45,525 bases of DNA from Octopus sinensis. Lineage: Eukaryota. Under the pieces are notes generated by a model that made no database searches, had not been told where the DNA came from, and saw only the letters and a list, made by a program, of their open reading frames with translations. Of the stretch, positions 8,855 through 19,190 are shown one piece after another. The stretch is taken from positions 1-45,525 of the forward strand of contig NW_021834560.1 in assembly GCF_006345805.1 (NCBI RefSeq). The letters run 5' to 3'. The stretch's first letter is position 1; each line of letters begins with the position of its first letter. A program made the translations under genes and the position numbers.

Positions 8855-11800
8855 ATGGAAAATTTACCACATCCAAAAGACCTAGACTTTAATCAGGAAA
8901 ATCTAGCCGCAGCATGGAAAAAGTGGAAAAAAGAATTCAATCTCTTTTTGATCGCAACAGAAAGTGACATGAAGCCAGACAAAGTAAAAACTTCAATGTT
9001 TTTAACTTGCATCGGTTCTAAAGGCCGAGATATCCATTCCACACTGGATTTCGATTCACCCGACGAAGAAATGAACCTTCAGACAGTAATCGAAAAATTC
9101 GATGCATATTGTGAACCCAGGAAAAACATAACTTTCCTAAGACACAAATTCTTCACATGTGGACAAGCGGAACATCAAAAATTCGATGAGTACGTAGTAG
9201 AGTTGCGCCAAAAGGCACAACAGTGCGAATTCGGCAACCTCACAGACAGTCTCACCAAAGATATTCTGATATGTGGAATCAGAGACATGAGATTAAGAGA
9301 AAGATTATTGAGAGAACCAAATTTAGACCTACAAAAAACAATTCAAGCAGGTCAGAGTGCAGAGCAAACACGACTCCAATCAAGGATGCTAAATGCCACA
9401 TCCGAAACAAAAGATAACGAAATCTCGAGGGTATATAGTCAACACGACAGAAAAGGCGCCAAAACCCAAATAACCCGCCATATGCAATCCAGACATCAAA
9501 ACGAACAAGGCGGAAGTGACAGAAAGCCCGCGAAGTTTCAAGCGCCAAGTCAACACTATGTCACTAACTGTCACTATTGTGGTTATAATCACAAAAGAAA
9601 TAAATGCCCAGCATTTCACAAGACATGTGAAAAATGCAAGAAACAAGGACACTATGCAAAAATGTGCAAATCAAGAAAATTTGTACATAAAGTAGAGATA
9701 CATACCGACGATGAATCAGATAACGATACACATGCACTCGAAATGATCACTGCAAATAATTCCCGCGTGCACAAAATCGAAAAGTTCAAGACTCCAAAAG
9801 ACATTTGGACGGTCGAACTAAAAGTGAACAACTCGAATGTAACATTCAAAATAGATACAGGAGCAGACGTAACCGTACTGCCATTCAGAGAATATAGAAA
9901 TATAATTCCAAAACCACAACTGCAAAAAACTTCAACTCGATTATCAGCTTATAATAACACAGCTATAAAAGTGCTAGGAAAATGCACAGCAGTCATTAAA
10001 TACAAAGAATTATCAAAGCAAATAAAATTCATTGTTGCAAAAACAAACTCGCACGCAGTTATAGATGCAAAGACAGCTAAAGATCTGAACCTGATTCAGA
10101 GAATTTCAAAAATAAATTCGTCGAACACAAACGACATATTAGAAAAATATGAAGACTGTTTCGGAGAAATCGGCACTTTGTCAATAACACATCATATCAC
10201 AGTGGATCCACAAATAACTCCTGTAATTCATCCACCAAGATCGGTTCCTTTTTCTATAAAAGAAAAACTCAACAAAGAATTAAAAAGAATGACAGAATTA
10301 GATATCATAAAACCTGTTAGTGAACCTACAGACTGGGTAAATTCCCTAGTCATCGTTGAAAAAGCCAACGGAAAACTCCGACTCTGTTTAGACCCCAAGA
10401 ATCTAAACAAAGCCATAAAAAGGCAACATTTCAAACTCCCTACAGCGGAGGACATTTTTGCACAAATGCATAACCCTAAATATTTTTCAAAACTCGATGC
10501 ATCTAATGGATACTGGCAAATTCCAGTTGACGAAGAAAGCTCCCATCTTTTAACGTTCAACACACCTTTTGGAAGGTATCGCTTCACACGACTACCCTTT
10601 GGAATTCACAGCGCCAGTGAAGTTTTCCAAAAAGAAATTTCAAAAATAATAGAGGGCATAGAAGGAGCAAGAAATTCACAGGATGACATCATAATCTGGT
10701 CCAACACTTTAGAAGAACACACAAATAGACTACAACAAGTTTTCGATCGAATCCGAAAGCACGGATTAAAGTTAAATAAATCAAAGTGTATCTTCTATGA
10801 ATCACAAATCAAGTACCTTGGGCATATATTAACCAGCGAAGGGATAAAACAAGATCCAACCAAGGTACAAGCAATCATTCACATGCCACTGCCAACAAGT
10901 AAAAAAGAATTACAAAGATTCCTAGGTATGACAAATTACCTATGTAAATTTTTATCTAATTACTCCGAAGTCACAGCACCATTGCGCCAGCTTCTACAGA
11001 GTGACACGTTATGGTCATTCGACAAACCACAAATCGAAGCAATAAAAAAGCTAAAAGAAATGATTACCAGAAAACCAGTGCTACAATTTTATGATCCAGA
11101 TCTACCAATAAAAATAACTACAGATGCTAGTAAGCATGGGCTCGGAGCGATACTTGAGCAGAAACACAACGAAAGATGGCTACCTGTTTCGTTTGCATCT
11201 CGTGCAACAACTCAAGCGGAACAAAACTACTGTCCGATAGAGAGCGAAGCTCTCAGTATAGTTTTCGCATGCAAGAAATTTCATCAGTTTATATACGGAA
11301 CTCATTTCAGAATCGAAAATGACCATAAACCGTTGAAGCAAATATTCAAAAAATCGATCACTAAATGCCCCCCCAGAATCCAAAGATTTCTACTAACATT
11401 ACAAAGATATGATTTTGACCTAAACCACATACCTGGTAAAGAATCAATTGTTGCAGATACCCTATCACGTGCATACCTTGAGCAAAATACTCCAGAAGTA
11501 TCAGACGAAGATATGAAATCGCACATTCATGCAGTAATAAAAAATTACCCCATAACCGACACGAAGTTAAAAGAGTATAAAGAAGCCACTGCAGACGACC
11601 CGTCTCTACAGACACTCGTCACATATACAAGAACAGAATGGCCCCCAAAAGACAAAATACCAATAAACATCAAACCATTCGTATCTGTTCGTGATGAAAT
11701 ATCAATCGTCAATGGTCTCGTTCTAAAAGGTTCAAGAATAATTGTACCTAAGTCATTACGTAGAGAAGCTCTACAGGAAATACATACCGGACACATGGGT

Positions 11801-12709
11801 ATCGAAAAATGCATAGAGAGAGCGAAGGAATGTATATACTGGCCCGGCATTAACGCTCAAATCAAAGACATGATTAACACATGCTCATACTGCATTGACT
11901 ACAAAAATCAACAAGCAGCCGAACCACTAATAAATCATGAAATACCTACTACACCATGGACCAAAGTGGGTACAGACGTATTTCATCTGTCTGGAAATTC
12001 GTATGTCACAATTATTGACTATACAACAAGATTTTTTGATCTACACGAAATAAAAGATTGCCAGTCAAAAACCGTAATCAAAAAATTAAAAGAAACTTTT
12101 GATAAATTCGGAATTCCGCAAACAGTTGTAAGTGACAACGGTCCAGAATTCAATTTGGCTGAATTCAAAAAATTTGCAAAAAATTGGCATTTTCATCACA
12201 CGAAGACAAGCCCGCATTATCATCAAGCGAATGGCATGGTTGAGAGAAATATACAGACAATAAAAAAGACGCTAAAAAAGGCATTCAAAAGTGGCGAAGA
12301 ACCTCAGTTAGCGCTCTTAGCATTACGCACGACTAAATTACAAAATGGTGCACCATCCCCTGCAAATCAAATAATGAATAGAACATTGCGAACAAATCTC
12401 CCAAACATACTACACGACAAAATTGGTATCAGGCCTCACGAAAAGAAGAAATCAAACATTACAACAGAACTCCCAGAGTTAAAACCACACGACACGGTTA
12501 GAATTAAGTTTAACAACAATTGGTTTAGAAGGGGCAAAATAATTAAAAAACTAGAGCAACCTCGTTCATACTTAGTAATAACAGAGGAAGGAAATACAGT
12601 CAAACGAAATAGACAACATATTCTTAAAACAAACGAACACGTTCGCATAACAGAAGAATTAGATTCATCATCATCATCATCGTCGTTTAACGTCCGTTCT
12701 CCATGCTAG
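8855..12709 (+). CDS. Gypsy Gag-Pol polyprotein (Gag with two Cys/His knuckles, protease, RT, RNase H, integrase); last ~14 codons derive from the inserted RTE tail
   Basis: First in-frame ATG at 8855. Motifs: CHYCGYNHKRNKC and CEKCKKQGHYAKMC; protease KIDTGADVT; RT LDASNGYWQ...SQDD; RNase H TDASKHGLGA...ENDHKPL; integrase H..H...C..C, SDNGPEF and NGMVER. Confidence 0.95.
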   Translation: MENLPHPKDLDFNQENLAAAWKKWKKEFNLFLIATESDMKPDKVKTSMFLTCIGSKGRDIHSTLDFDSPDEEMNLQTVIEKFDAYCEPRKNITFLRHKFFTCGQAEHQKFDEYVVELRQKAQQCEFGNLTDSLTKDILICGIRDMRLRERLLREPNLDLQKTIQAGQSAEQTRLQSRMLNATSETKDNEISRVYSQHDRKGAKTQITRHMQSRHQNEQGGSDRKPAKFQAPSQHYVTNCHYCGYNHKRNKCPAFHKTCEKCKKQGHYAKMCKSRKFVHKVEIHTDDESDNDTHALEMITANNSRVHKIEKFKTPKDIWTVELKVNNSNVTFKIDTGADVTVLPFREYRNIIPKPQLQKTSTRLSAYNNTAIKVLGKCTAVIKYKELSKQIKFIVAKTNSHAVIDAKTAKDLNLIQRISKINSSNTNDILEKYEDCFGEIGTLSITHHITVDPQITPVIHPPRSVPFSIKEKLNKELKRMTELDIIKPVSEPTDWVNSLVIVEKANGKLRLCLDPKNLNKAIKRQHFKLPTAEDIFAQMHNPKYFSKLDASNGYWQIPVDEESSHLLTFNTPFGRYRFTRLPFGIHSASEVFQKEISKIIEGIEGARNSQDDIIIWSNTLEEHTNRLQQVFDRIRKHGLKLNKSKCIFYESQIKYLGHILTSEGIKQDPTKVQAIIHMPLPTSKKELQRFLGMTNYLCKFLSNYSEVTAPLRQLLQSDTLWSFDKPQIEAIKKLKEMITRKPVLQFYDPDLPIKITTDASKHGLGAILEQKHNERWLPVSFASRATTQAEQNYCPIESEALSIVFACKKFHQFIYGTHFRIENDHKPLKQIFKKSITKCPPRIQRFLLTLQRYDFDLNHIPGKESIVADTLSRAYLEQNTPEVSDEDMKSHIHAVIKNYPITDTKLKEYKEATADDPSLQTLVTYTRTEWPPKDKIPINIKPFVSVRDEISIVNGLVLKGSRIIVPKSLRREALQEIHTGHMGIEKCIERAKECIYWPGINAQIKDMINTCSYCIDYKNQQAAEPLINHEIPTTPWTKVGTDVFHLSGNSYVTIIDYTTRFFDLHEIKDCQSKTVIKKLKETFDKFGIPQTVVSDNGPEFNLAEFKKFAKNWHFHHTKTSPHYHQANGMVERNIQTIKKTLKKAFKSGEEPQLALLALRTTKLQNGAPSPANQIMNRTLRTNLPNILHDKIGIRPHEKKKSNITTELPELKPHDTVRIKFNNNWFRRGKIIKKLEQPRSYLVITEEGNTVKRNRQHILKTNEHVRITEELDSSSSSSSFNVRSPC

Positions 12710-13803
12710 CATGGGTTGGACGGTTCGACCGGGGTTCTGGGAAGCCAGAAGGCTGCACCAGGCTCCAGTCTAATTTGGCAATGTTTCTACAGCTGGATGC
12801 CCTTCCTAACGCCAACCACTCCGTGAGTGTAGTGGGTGCTTTTTACGTGCCACCTGCACAGGTGCCAGGCGGGGCTGGCAACAGCCACGGTCAGATTGGT
12901 GTATTTTATGTGCCACCGGCACAGAAGCCAGACGGGCGGTGCTGGCATCGGCCACGAGTTGGATAGTGCTTTTTACGTACCACCAGACCAGGGATCCTGG
13001 CTGGTTCAATTCGATTTCGATTTCGCTTGCCCCAACATGTCTTCACAAGCAAAGGGGGTTGGCAAGGGTGCCTGTCGTACGGTCGCATTGGAGTATTTTA
13101 CGTGCCACGGCCACGAGTCGGATAGTGCTTTTTACGTACCCCCAGACCAGGGATCCTGGCTGGTTCAATTCGATTTCGATTTCGATTTCGCTTGCCCCAA
13201 CATGTCTTCACAAGCAAAGGAGGTTGGCATGGGTGCCTGTCGTACGGTCGCATTGGAGTATTTTACGTGCCACGGCCATGAGTCGGATAGTGCTTTTTAC
13301 GTACCACCAGGCCAGGGATCCTGGCTGGTTCAATTCGGTTTCGATTTCGATTTCGCTTGCCCCAACATGTCTTCGCAAGCATGGGGGGTTGGCATGGGTG
13401 TCTGTCGTCGGATGAGGTTCTATATCGACTTCGCTTGCCTCAGCCGGTCTTTGTGTCCAAGGGAGGAAAGGCATTCATAAGTGGGCTGGGCTCACTTGTC
13501 CTGCCTGGTCTTCTCACGTACAGAATATTTCCAAAGGTCTCGGTCTCTGGTCATTTCCTCAGTGAGGCCTAAAGTTCGAAGGTCGTGCTTCACCACCTCG
13601 TCCCAGGTTTTCCTGGGTCTACCTCTTCCACGGGTTCCCTCAACTGCTAGGGATTGGCACTTTCTCACACACCTATCTTCATCCATTCTCGCCACATGGC
13701 CATACCAGCGCAATCGTCTCTCTTGCACACCACAACTGATGCTTCTTAGGTACAACATTTCTCTCAAGGTGCTAACGCTCTGTCGAGTATGTACACTGAC
13801 ATT
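12666..13803 (-). mobile_element. 5'-truncated RTE-clade LINE nested in the Gypsy integrase C-terminus
   Basis: Minus-strand ORF end RRLRWYGHVARMDEDRCVRKC...GRGRPRKTWDEVVKHDL...RDRDLW (RTE C-terminus, stop at 13492), then an ~820-bp 3' UTR ending in (GAT)n at 12666. The 5' junction is approximate (13803-13812). Confidence 0.85.
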
Positions 13804-13940
13804 AAACACGCATGAAAAAACAAAAACAGCACAACTACAGAATTCAACTCTACAAAATAATAAAACCACAAAAAGTGGACGACGAATAATTATTCCCTGT
13901 AGATACAGATGATATAAAAAAAAAGAAAAAAAAAGGAAGA

Positions 13941-14179
13941 TGTTATGTAATCATCACAACAAACATGAACAATCAACGTCGCCCATTGTCTCCCTTGATA
14001 AAAGGACTTTCACTTTGTTTCCCGCCAAAACAATTAACTTGTACAACAACGTCAGTCGAATAAAGTATCTTGTATCGTTAACACGTTGTTTTCAGTCTCT
14101 CTCATTTTCTTAATCTTTCATACTAAGTACTCACTACTTCCTTTAATACTCAATACATTATATATATATAACAACAACA
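13941..14179 (+). repeat. 3' LTR (239 bp)
   Basis: Preceded by a polypurine tract and followed by the GAGTC TSD. Confidence 0.95.
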
Positions 14180-14595
14180 GAGTCAACCAAAATTTTGCTA
14201 GTGGATTTGGTAAATGGAAACTGAATGAAGACCATCTTATAAATATATATGTGTCTGTATCCCACCATCACCCTTTACAATTGCTTTTGGTGTGTATACA
14301 TCCCTGTTACTTAGTGGTTCAGCAACAGAGACTGATAGAATAAGTACCAGGCTCAAAGAATAAAACAAGTACTAGGATCCATCCATTTGACTAAAAGTTC
14401 TTCAAAGCAGTGCTCTAGCATGGCCATAGCCTTATGAATGGTACAAGTAAAAGATAATGTTTGAAGGAAACGGTCCCCTGATTCCTTGCCATTTTCCTTC
14501 TCCATGATGTAATGATAGCTATTCTGAAAGTCTGTAATAATTTATTGCTGTATTAATTGTAATAATAATTTATTGTAATGTAATAATTTATTGTG

Positions 14596-14840
14596 GAGGC
14601 ACGTGGCTTAGTAGTTAGGGTGTCAGCATCATGATCGTAAGATTGTAATTTCGATTCCTGGACCGGGCAATACATTGTGTTCTTGAGCAAAACACTTCAT
14701 TTCACGTTACTCCAGTCAACTCAGCTGGCAAAAATGAGTAACACTGCGATGGACTGGTCTCCCGTCCAGCTGGAGAACACATATGCCATTGAAACAGAGA
14801 AACCGGGCCCATGAGCCTGGCTAGGCTTTAAAAGGGCGGA
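14596..14840 (+). mobile_element. tRNA-derived SINE with a CORE-like central block
   Basis: A-box-like tggcttagtagttagg and B-box-like tttcgattcc, then ttgagcaaaacacttcatttcacgttactccagtcaactcagctgg. A related piece lies at ~6650-6800. Confidence 0.6.
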
Positions 14841-15088
14841 TTTATTATTATTTTAATAATTTATTGGTGATATTTTGGTCTAAGTATGACAATGGTTAAA
14901 ATTTTACCGGCTGATTTCCCTAGATTCTTGGCAGTTAACGGAATTTCTTTTTCTTCTTCGTCTGCTGTTGATTGCCAAACATGCATGTCATTCATCTGCT
15001 TGAAATTGCCAGACACTCACACATACATCCTTACTCAGTGCGTGTTGGGCATAGAATGAGGACATGGATCGCTTCTACTCAACCATAA

Positions 15089-16088
15089 CCCTTTTGATAC
15101 CAACCTGGCTGAAACCTGCTCTGGCTCTGTAATACAAATGTCTTATTTTCAAAAGTTCTGAATTAATATCTTCCACCAAATCTTAGTCACAATTTATGTT
15201 CCTCACACTAGCTTAATGATAACTAAGTTATTTTACTAAATTCTTTGTTATGTTTAAAGTAATTGAAAGAAACACAGAGCATCTCAAAAGAAATATGGTA
15301 ACAAAAGGGTTAAAGACAGTCAGTCAAATGTGTCTTCAATTTGCACAAGATTTGGCTGCTATTTCTAACAAGTGAAACAAAATCTGCAAATTTATCTTTT
15401 TGATACCAACCTGGCTGAAACCGGCTCTGGCTCCGAGTACAAATGTCTTGTCTCCATAAGTTTTGAATTAAAATCTTCCACCAAACCTTAGTTCCAATTT
15501 ATGTTCCTAACACTAGCTTAATGATAACTAAGTTATTTTACTAAATTGTTTGTTATATTTAACCCTTTTGATACCAACCTGGCTGAATCCACCTCTGGCT
15601 CTGTAGTACAAATGTCTTGTTTTCAAAAGTTTTGAATTAAAATCTTCCACCAAACCTTAGTCACAATTTATGTTCCTAACACTAGCTTAATGACAACTAA
15701 GTTATTTTACTAAATTGTTTGTTATATTTAAAGTAATTGAAAGAAACACAGAGCATCTCAAAAGAAATATGGTAACAAAAGGGTTAAAGACAGTCAGTGA
15801 AATGTGTCTTCAATTTGCACAAGATTTGGCTGCTATTTCTAACAAGTGAAACAAAATCTGAAATTTTACTCTTTTGATACCAACCTGGCTGAATCTGGCT
15901 CTGTTGTACAAATGTCTTGTTTTCATAAGTTCTGAATTAAAATCTTCCACCAAACCTTAGTCACAATTTATGTTCCTAACACTAGCTTAATGATAACTAA
16001 GTTATTTTATTAAATTCTTTGTTATATTTAAAATTAATTGAAAGAAACACAGAGCATCTCAACAGAAATATGGTAAAGAAACGGTTAA
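15089..16088 (+). repeat. Tandem array of a ~220-bp TTAA-type (piggyBac-like) MITE: copy - spacer - truncated copy - copy - spacer - copy
   Basis: Units run CCCTTTTGATACC...GGTAACAAAAGGG|TTAA at 15089-15309 and 15563-15783 (offset 474). An ~85-bp spacer is repeated at ~15314-15396 and ~15788-15871. Confidence 0.8.
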
Positions 16089-16189
16089 GGGAGGACTGAG
16101 CAAGAAGGAAGCAGGCCAGCAAGATAATGAGGAGCAATAAACCATGGTTTATGTCACCACAATTCCTACAGGCATATTCAGTCAGCAAT

Positions 16190-16380
16190 TCACGCGCGCA
16201 CGCACACACACATTGTCCCGCGCGCGAACGTTCTTACTATGTATAACTTATGTGAGCCTTCGCGCGCGCGCATTTGTTTTCCAAGCGAGATAACTCCGTT
16301 GTCCTTTGCCATTTCGGCTCTCCTCATTTCGGAGACGACAACAGCCTTGTTGTTTCTGCTTGGTTACAAAATGGCGTTGA
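16190..16380 (+). promoter_or_regulatory. CpG-rich AATF promoter/5' UTR with (CG)n runs and a YY1-type motif overlapping the start codon
   Basis: cacgcgcgcacg, cccgcgcgcg and ttcgcgcgcgcgca within otherwise CpG-poor DNA. CAAAATGGCG at 16367-16376 matches the YY1 consensus AANATGGCG. Confidence 0.6.
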
Positions 16381-16449
16381 GCGATCTTTTGGATTCTCTC
16401 GCCAAACCGAATCCCACCTTTCCCGACGGAGACGAGGACTTTGGGGACA
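16371..16449 (+). CDS. AATF: AATF/Che-1 (Bfr2 homologue) exon 1
   Basis: MALSDLLDSLAKPNPTFPDGDEDFGD, donor gtaagt, phase 1; resembles the AATF N-terminus (L..L..P.P...D.E.D). Confidence 0.85.
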
Positions 16450-16947
16450 GTAAGTATTATACCTTTACAAACCACCACCTCTCTCTCTCTCTATATATAT
16501 ATACGTTTATAAACCACTATCTCTCTATATATATACATATATATATACATACAGCCGGAATTCTGCCTTAAGCACGCCATATAACCCCTTCATAACTTTC
16601 TTATTCTTGGGAGTATTCAGAGAATTTTCGAAAAATTAGGAAAAAATAATTTGTTTTCTTTGATAATCGTGTGAATTTGAGTCTGCAAGACATAAATATG
16701 CAAAAGCTTCCTGAAAATACCGAAAACATAAAAGATACAAACGTGATGAGGGGTTTTAGGGCGTGCTTAGAGCACAACTCCGTCGTTTTATGAATTCCCT
16801 TTTGTAGAACAGAAACACGGGAAAAGTTCGCTGAAAATGCCCACAAAATACAAAATTTATGGCGAGCTGAAAGCAGAATTCCACCTATAGTTGTTTGTTT
16901 GTACTCCACCTGCCTTCGTCTTTTGTTTATTTTCATAAAGCTTCCCG

Positions 16948-16995
<48 letters not shown>

Positions 16996-17069
16996 TTGTG
17001 TGAATTTTTTGCGTAATAAGATAAAAAAAACCAAGGGTGTGTAGATTTTAGAACATTTATTGATAGAAG

Positions 17070-17121
17070 GTCTTACAGCTGTTTCTAGGATATTTATTAA
17101 TTATATCCCTTCGTGGGAAAC
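17070..17121 (-). ncRNA. Degenerate hammerhead-like motif (Penelope-type), probably inactive
   Basis: GTTT-CCCACGA-AG-GGATAT(aattaataa)ATATCC-TA-GAAA-CAGCTG-TA-AGAC. The geometry fits, but the core has 2 substitutions relative to CTGACGA. Confidence 0.4.
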
Positions 17122-17660
17122 GGTGAGAGAGGATGGTTAAATAATAGTTAATTTAGATAGGATACAAAATAGAGAGTGAGGTGGAGGAAAGAAAAATAGA
17201 TGTAAGATATGTATGGTTTTATATATATACACACACACACACATGCAGTTTTTTTTTAACAAACGAAAGCACATGTAAAGTGAATATTGTTATCAAAATT
17301 AGTGGATGTCCCGAAATCTTTATTCGCTTAATATCATCAGCTGGTTTGACCCGGGTATAAAAACCAAAAAAAAAAACAGTGTAATAGGTGTAACACAACA
17401 TGCTCTAAACGAATATGATGAAAAAAATGCGTGATCGCGAAAGAGGGTGGGGGAGAGGACTCGGAAAATTCACATCGTGAATGTTCCGAAAGCGTTTGAC
17501 AATGCCTGCATGGATTAGATTGAATTTGTTGAGACAGATTATTTACACCTGGATGCCCTTCATGTCACCAATTTGCATGGCTGAGAGTTTTGCTTTCCAG
17601 CCATGTAGTCTTGGATTCCTTAGATGAGTGTGTTCTACAAAAGCACCAAGCCAGTCGAAT

Positions 17661-17895
17661 ATATATAAACAGGAATAAAAGAAAATGGAGATTGGAAGGT
17701 TAGTGAGTGTTTATTATTAACAGCAAATTAATCAAGGGTATATTTTTTCCATCTGATGATATGCTCAGGTCATATAAATTTAATAATTACTCAATATTTA
17801 CCGAGTATTAATTTAAGTGAAGATAATTAATTTGCTGTTAATAATAAACGGTTATTAAATTCCCAATCTCCATTTTCTTTTTCTTCTTTTATATG
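17661..17895. mobile_element. AT-rich MITE/foldback; right half repeated at ~20690-20790
   Basis: gaaaatggagattgg...tttattattaacagcaaattaat paired with aattaatttgctgttaataataaac...ccaatctccattttc. Confidence 0.6.
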
Positions 17896-18147
17896 AATAC
17901 TTGCAGTATTGCCCGGCATTGCTCAGGTTTGTTTTGGCCCTTTAGGATTTTGAAAAGCAAAAATTTTGCATTATGTAGCTTGTTATTCTCTTTAAGTGAA
18001 CATTTTTCTGGTTGAAATACACCGATAAATGACGACACAGCAATAAAAGAAAATCGTAAAAAATAGAGATTTTCATAGAAAAAAAAGCACCTTTTTGATG
18101 TAAATAATTTTTGGTGTTAACATGGTCCGATTTGAATATTTTCTTAT

Positions 18148-18760
18148 AATAATAATAATAATAATAATTGTGTACAGTGCTCAGGTGCACTACAACTCTT
18201 ATAAAGTGTATATATAATCAGGTGTAGTTTCGACGGATTTCGGGAAGCATGAGGGCCTTAAAGGATGCAGTGTCATGGCAGTCAACAACTGATGCAGGCA
18301 GTTTATTCCACGCTTCAGCAACCCTGAGCGTGAAAAAATGTTTCCGAAAGTCATGGGAGCTGTGCTGTTTTCTGACTTTGTAGGCATGTCCACGTGGTTA
18401 GACACATGGAGATCGAAAAGGTGTTCAGTGTTGTTGTGGTGAGGTGGTTGATAACCTTGTGGGTGTTTACCAAGTCCGTCGCTAGACGCCGGAGCTTCAG
18501 TGAATCCATGCCCAGGGAAACAAGGCGCTCAGAATATGGTAGGTGTCTGATGGAGGGTATGCGTTTGGTTGCACGTCTCTGGATAGATTCCAGGAGGTCA
18601 ATGTTCTGAGCAAGATAGGGATTCCAAACTGATGATGCGAATTCCAAGTGTGGTCGTACCATAGCTGTATACAGTTTTAAATAGATGGCTGGAGAGCGGC
18701 TAACAAAAGTCTTGCTGAGTGATGCCAAGACACCCTATGGAATGAAGAGCAAGCCTTCTT
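18148..18760 (-). mobile_element. 5'-truncated CR1-clade LINE with (ATT)n tail
   Basis: LYTAMVRPHLEFASSVWNPY...LESIQRRATK...YSERL..L..DSLKLRRL, then after a frameshift HFFTLRVAEAWNKLP: diagnostic CR1 ORF2 C-terminus. Confidence 0.85.
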
Positions 18761-18809
18761 CTATCATACTCTCAATTTGGTCAACTTGCGCCGCAGGGTC
18801 TCAGAGGAG

Positions 18810-19190
18810 ATAGTGTTAGTTGAAGCCTACCAAACCTCCCATACACAGACAACTTCGGCTTTATATATATTATTATTTATGCACCCTTTTCAAGCTTAGC
18901 CAGGTTCAGGGGCCCGGTTTCTGTGGTGTATGTGTCCCCCTCCCCCCCCCCAGCTGGACAGGACGCCAGTCCATTGCAGTGTTACTCAAGAAACAGGAAG
19001 AAAGAGTGAAAGAAAGTTGGGGCGAAAGCGTACAGAGGTGGCCACCCCCACCCACCACCCATGCCAGAGCTTCGTGGAGCTTTAGGTGTTTTCGCTCAAT
19101 AAACACACACAATGCCCCACCTGGGAATTGAAACTGCGATCCTCTGACTGCAAGTCCGCTGCCCTAACCACTGGGCCATTGCACCTCCAC
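18810..19190 (-). mobile_element. tRNA-derived SINE; second copy at ~44240-44543 (-)
   Basis: On the minus strand: gtggaggtgcaatggcccagtggttagggcagcggacttgcagtcagaggatcgcagtttcaattcccagg (A/B-box-like), with a shared body tttattgagcgaaaacacctaaagc. Confidence 0.7.

Larger units (their letters stand above)
8540..14179 (+). mobile_element. Ty3/Gypsy (Mag-like) LTR retrotransposon, both LTRs present
   Basis: LTRs 8540-8776 and 13941-14179 (TG...CA); 5-bp TSD GAGTC (8535-8539, 14180-14184); PBS TGGTGTCAGAA at 8777; PPT at ~13916-13940; gag-pol ORF. It is inserted inside a SINE whose halves rejoin across the TSD. Confidence 0.97.

Noticed and set aside
12836-13480. 214-aa ORF with three internal repeats
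   Set aside because: It arises because the 159/165-bp tandem units are multiples of 3. It is antisense to the RTE UTR and has no promoter or splice context.
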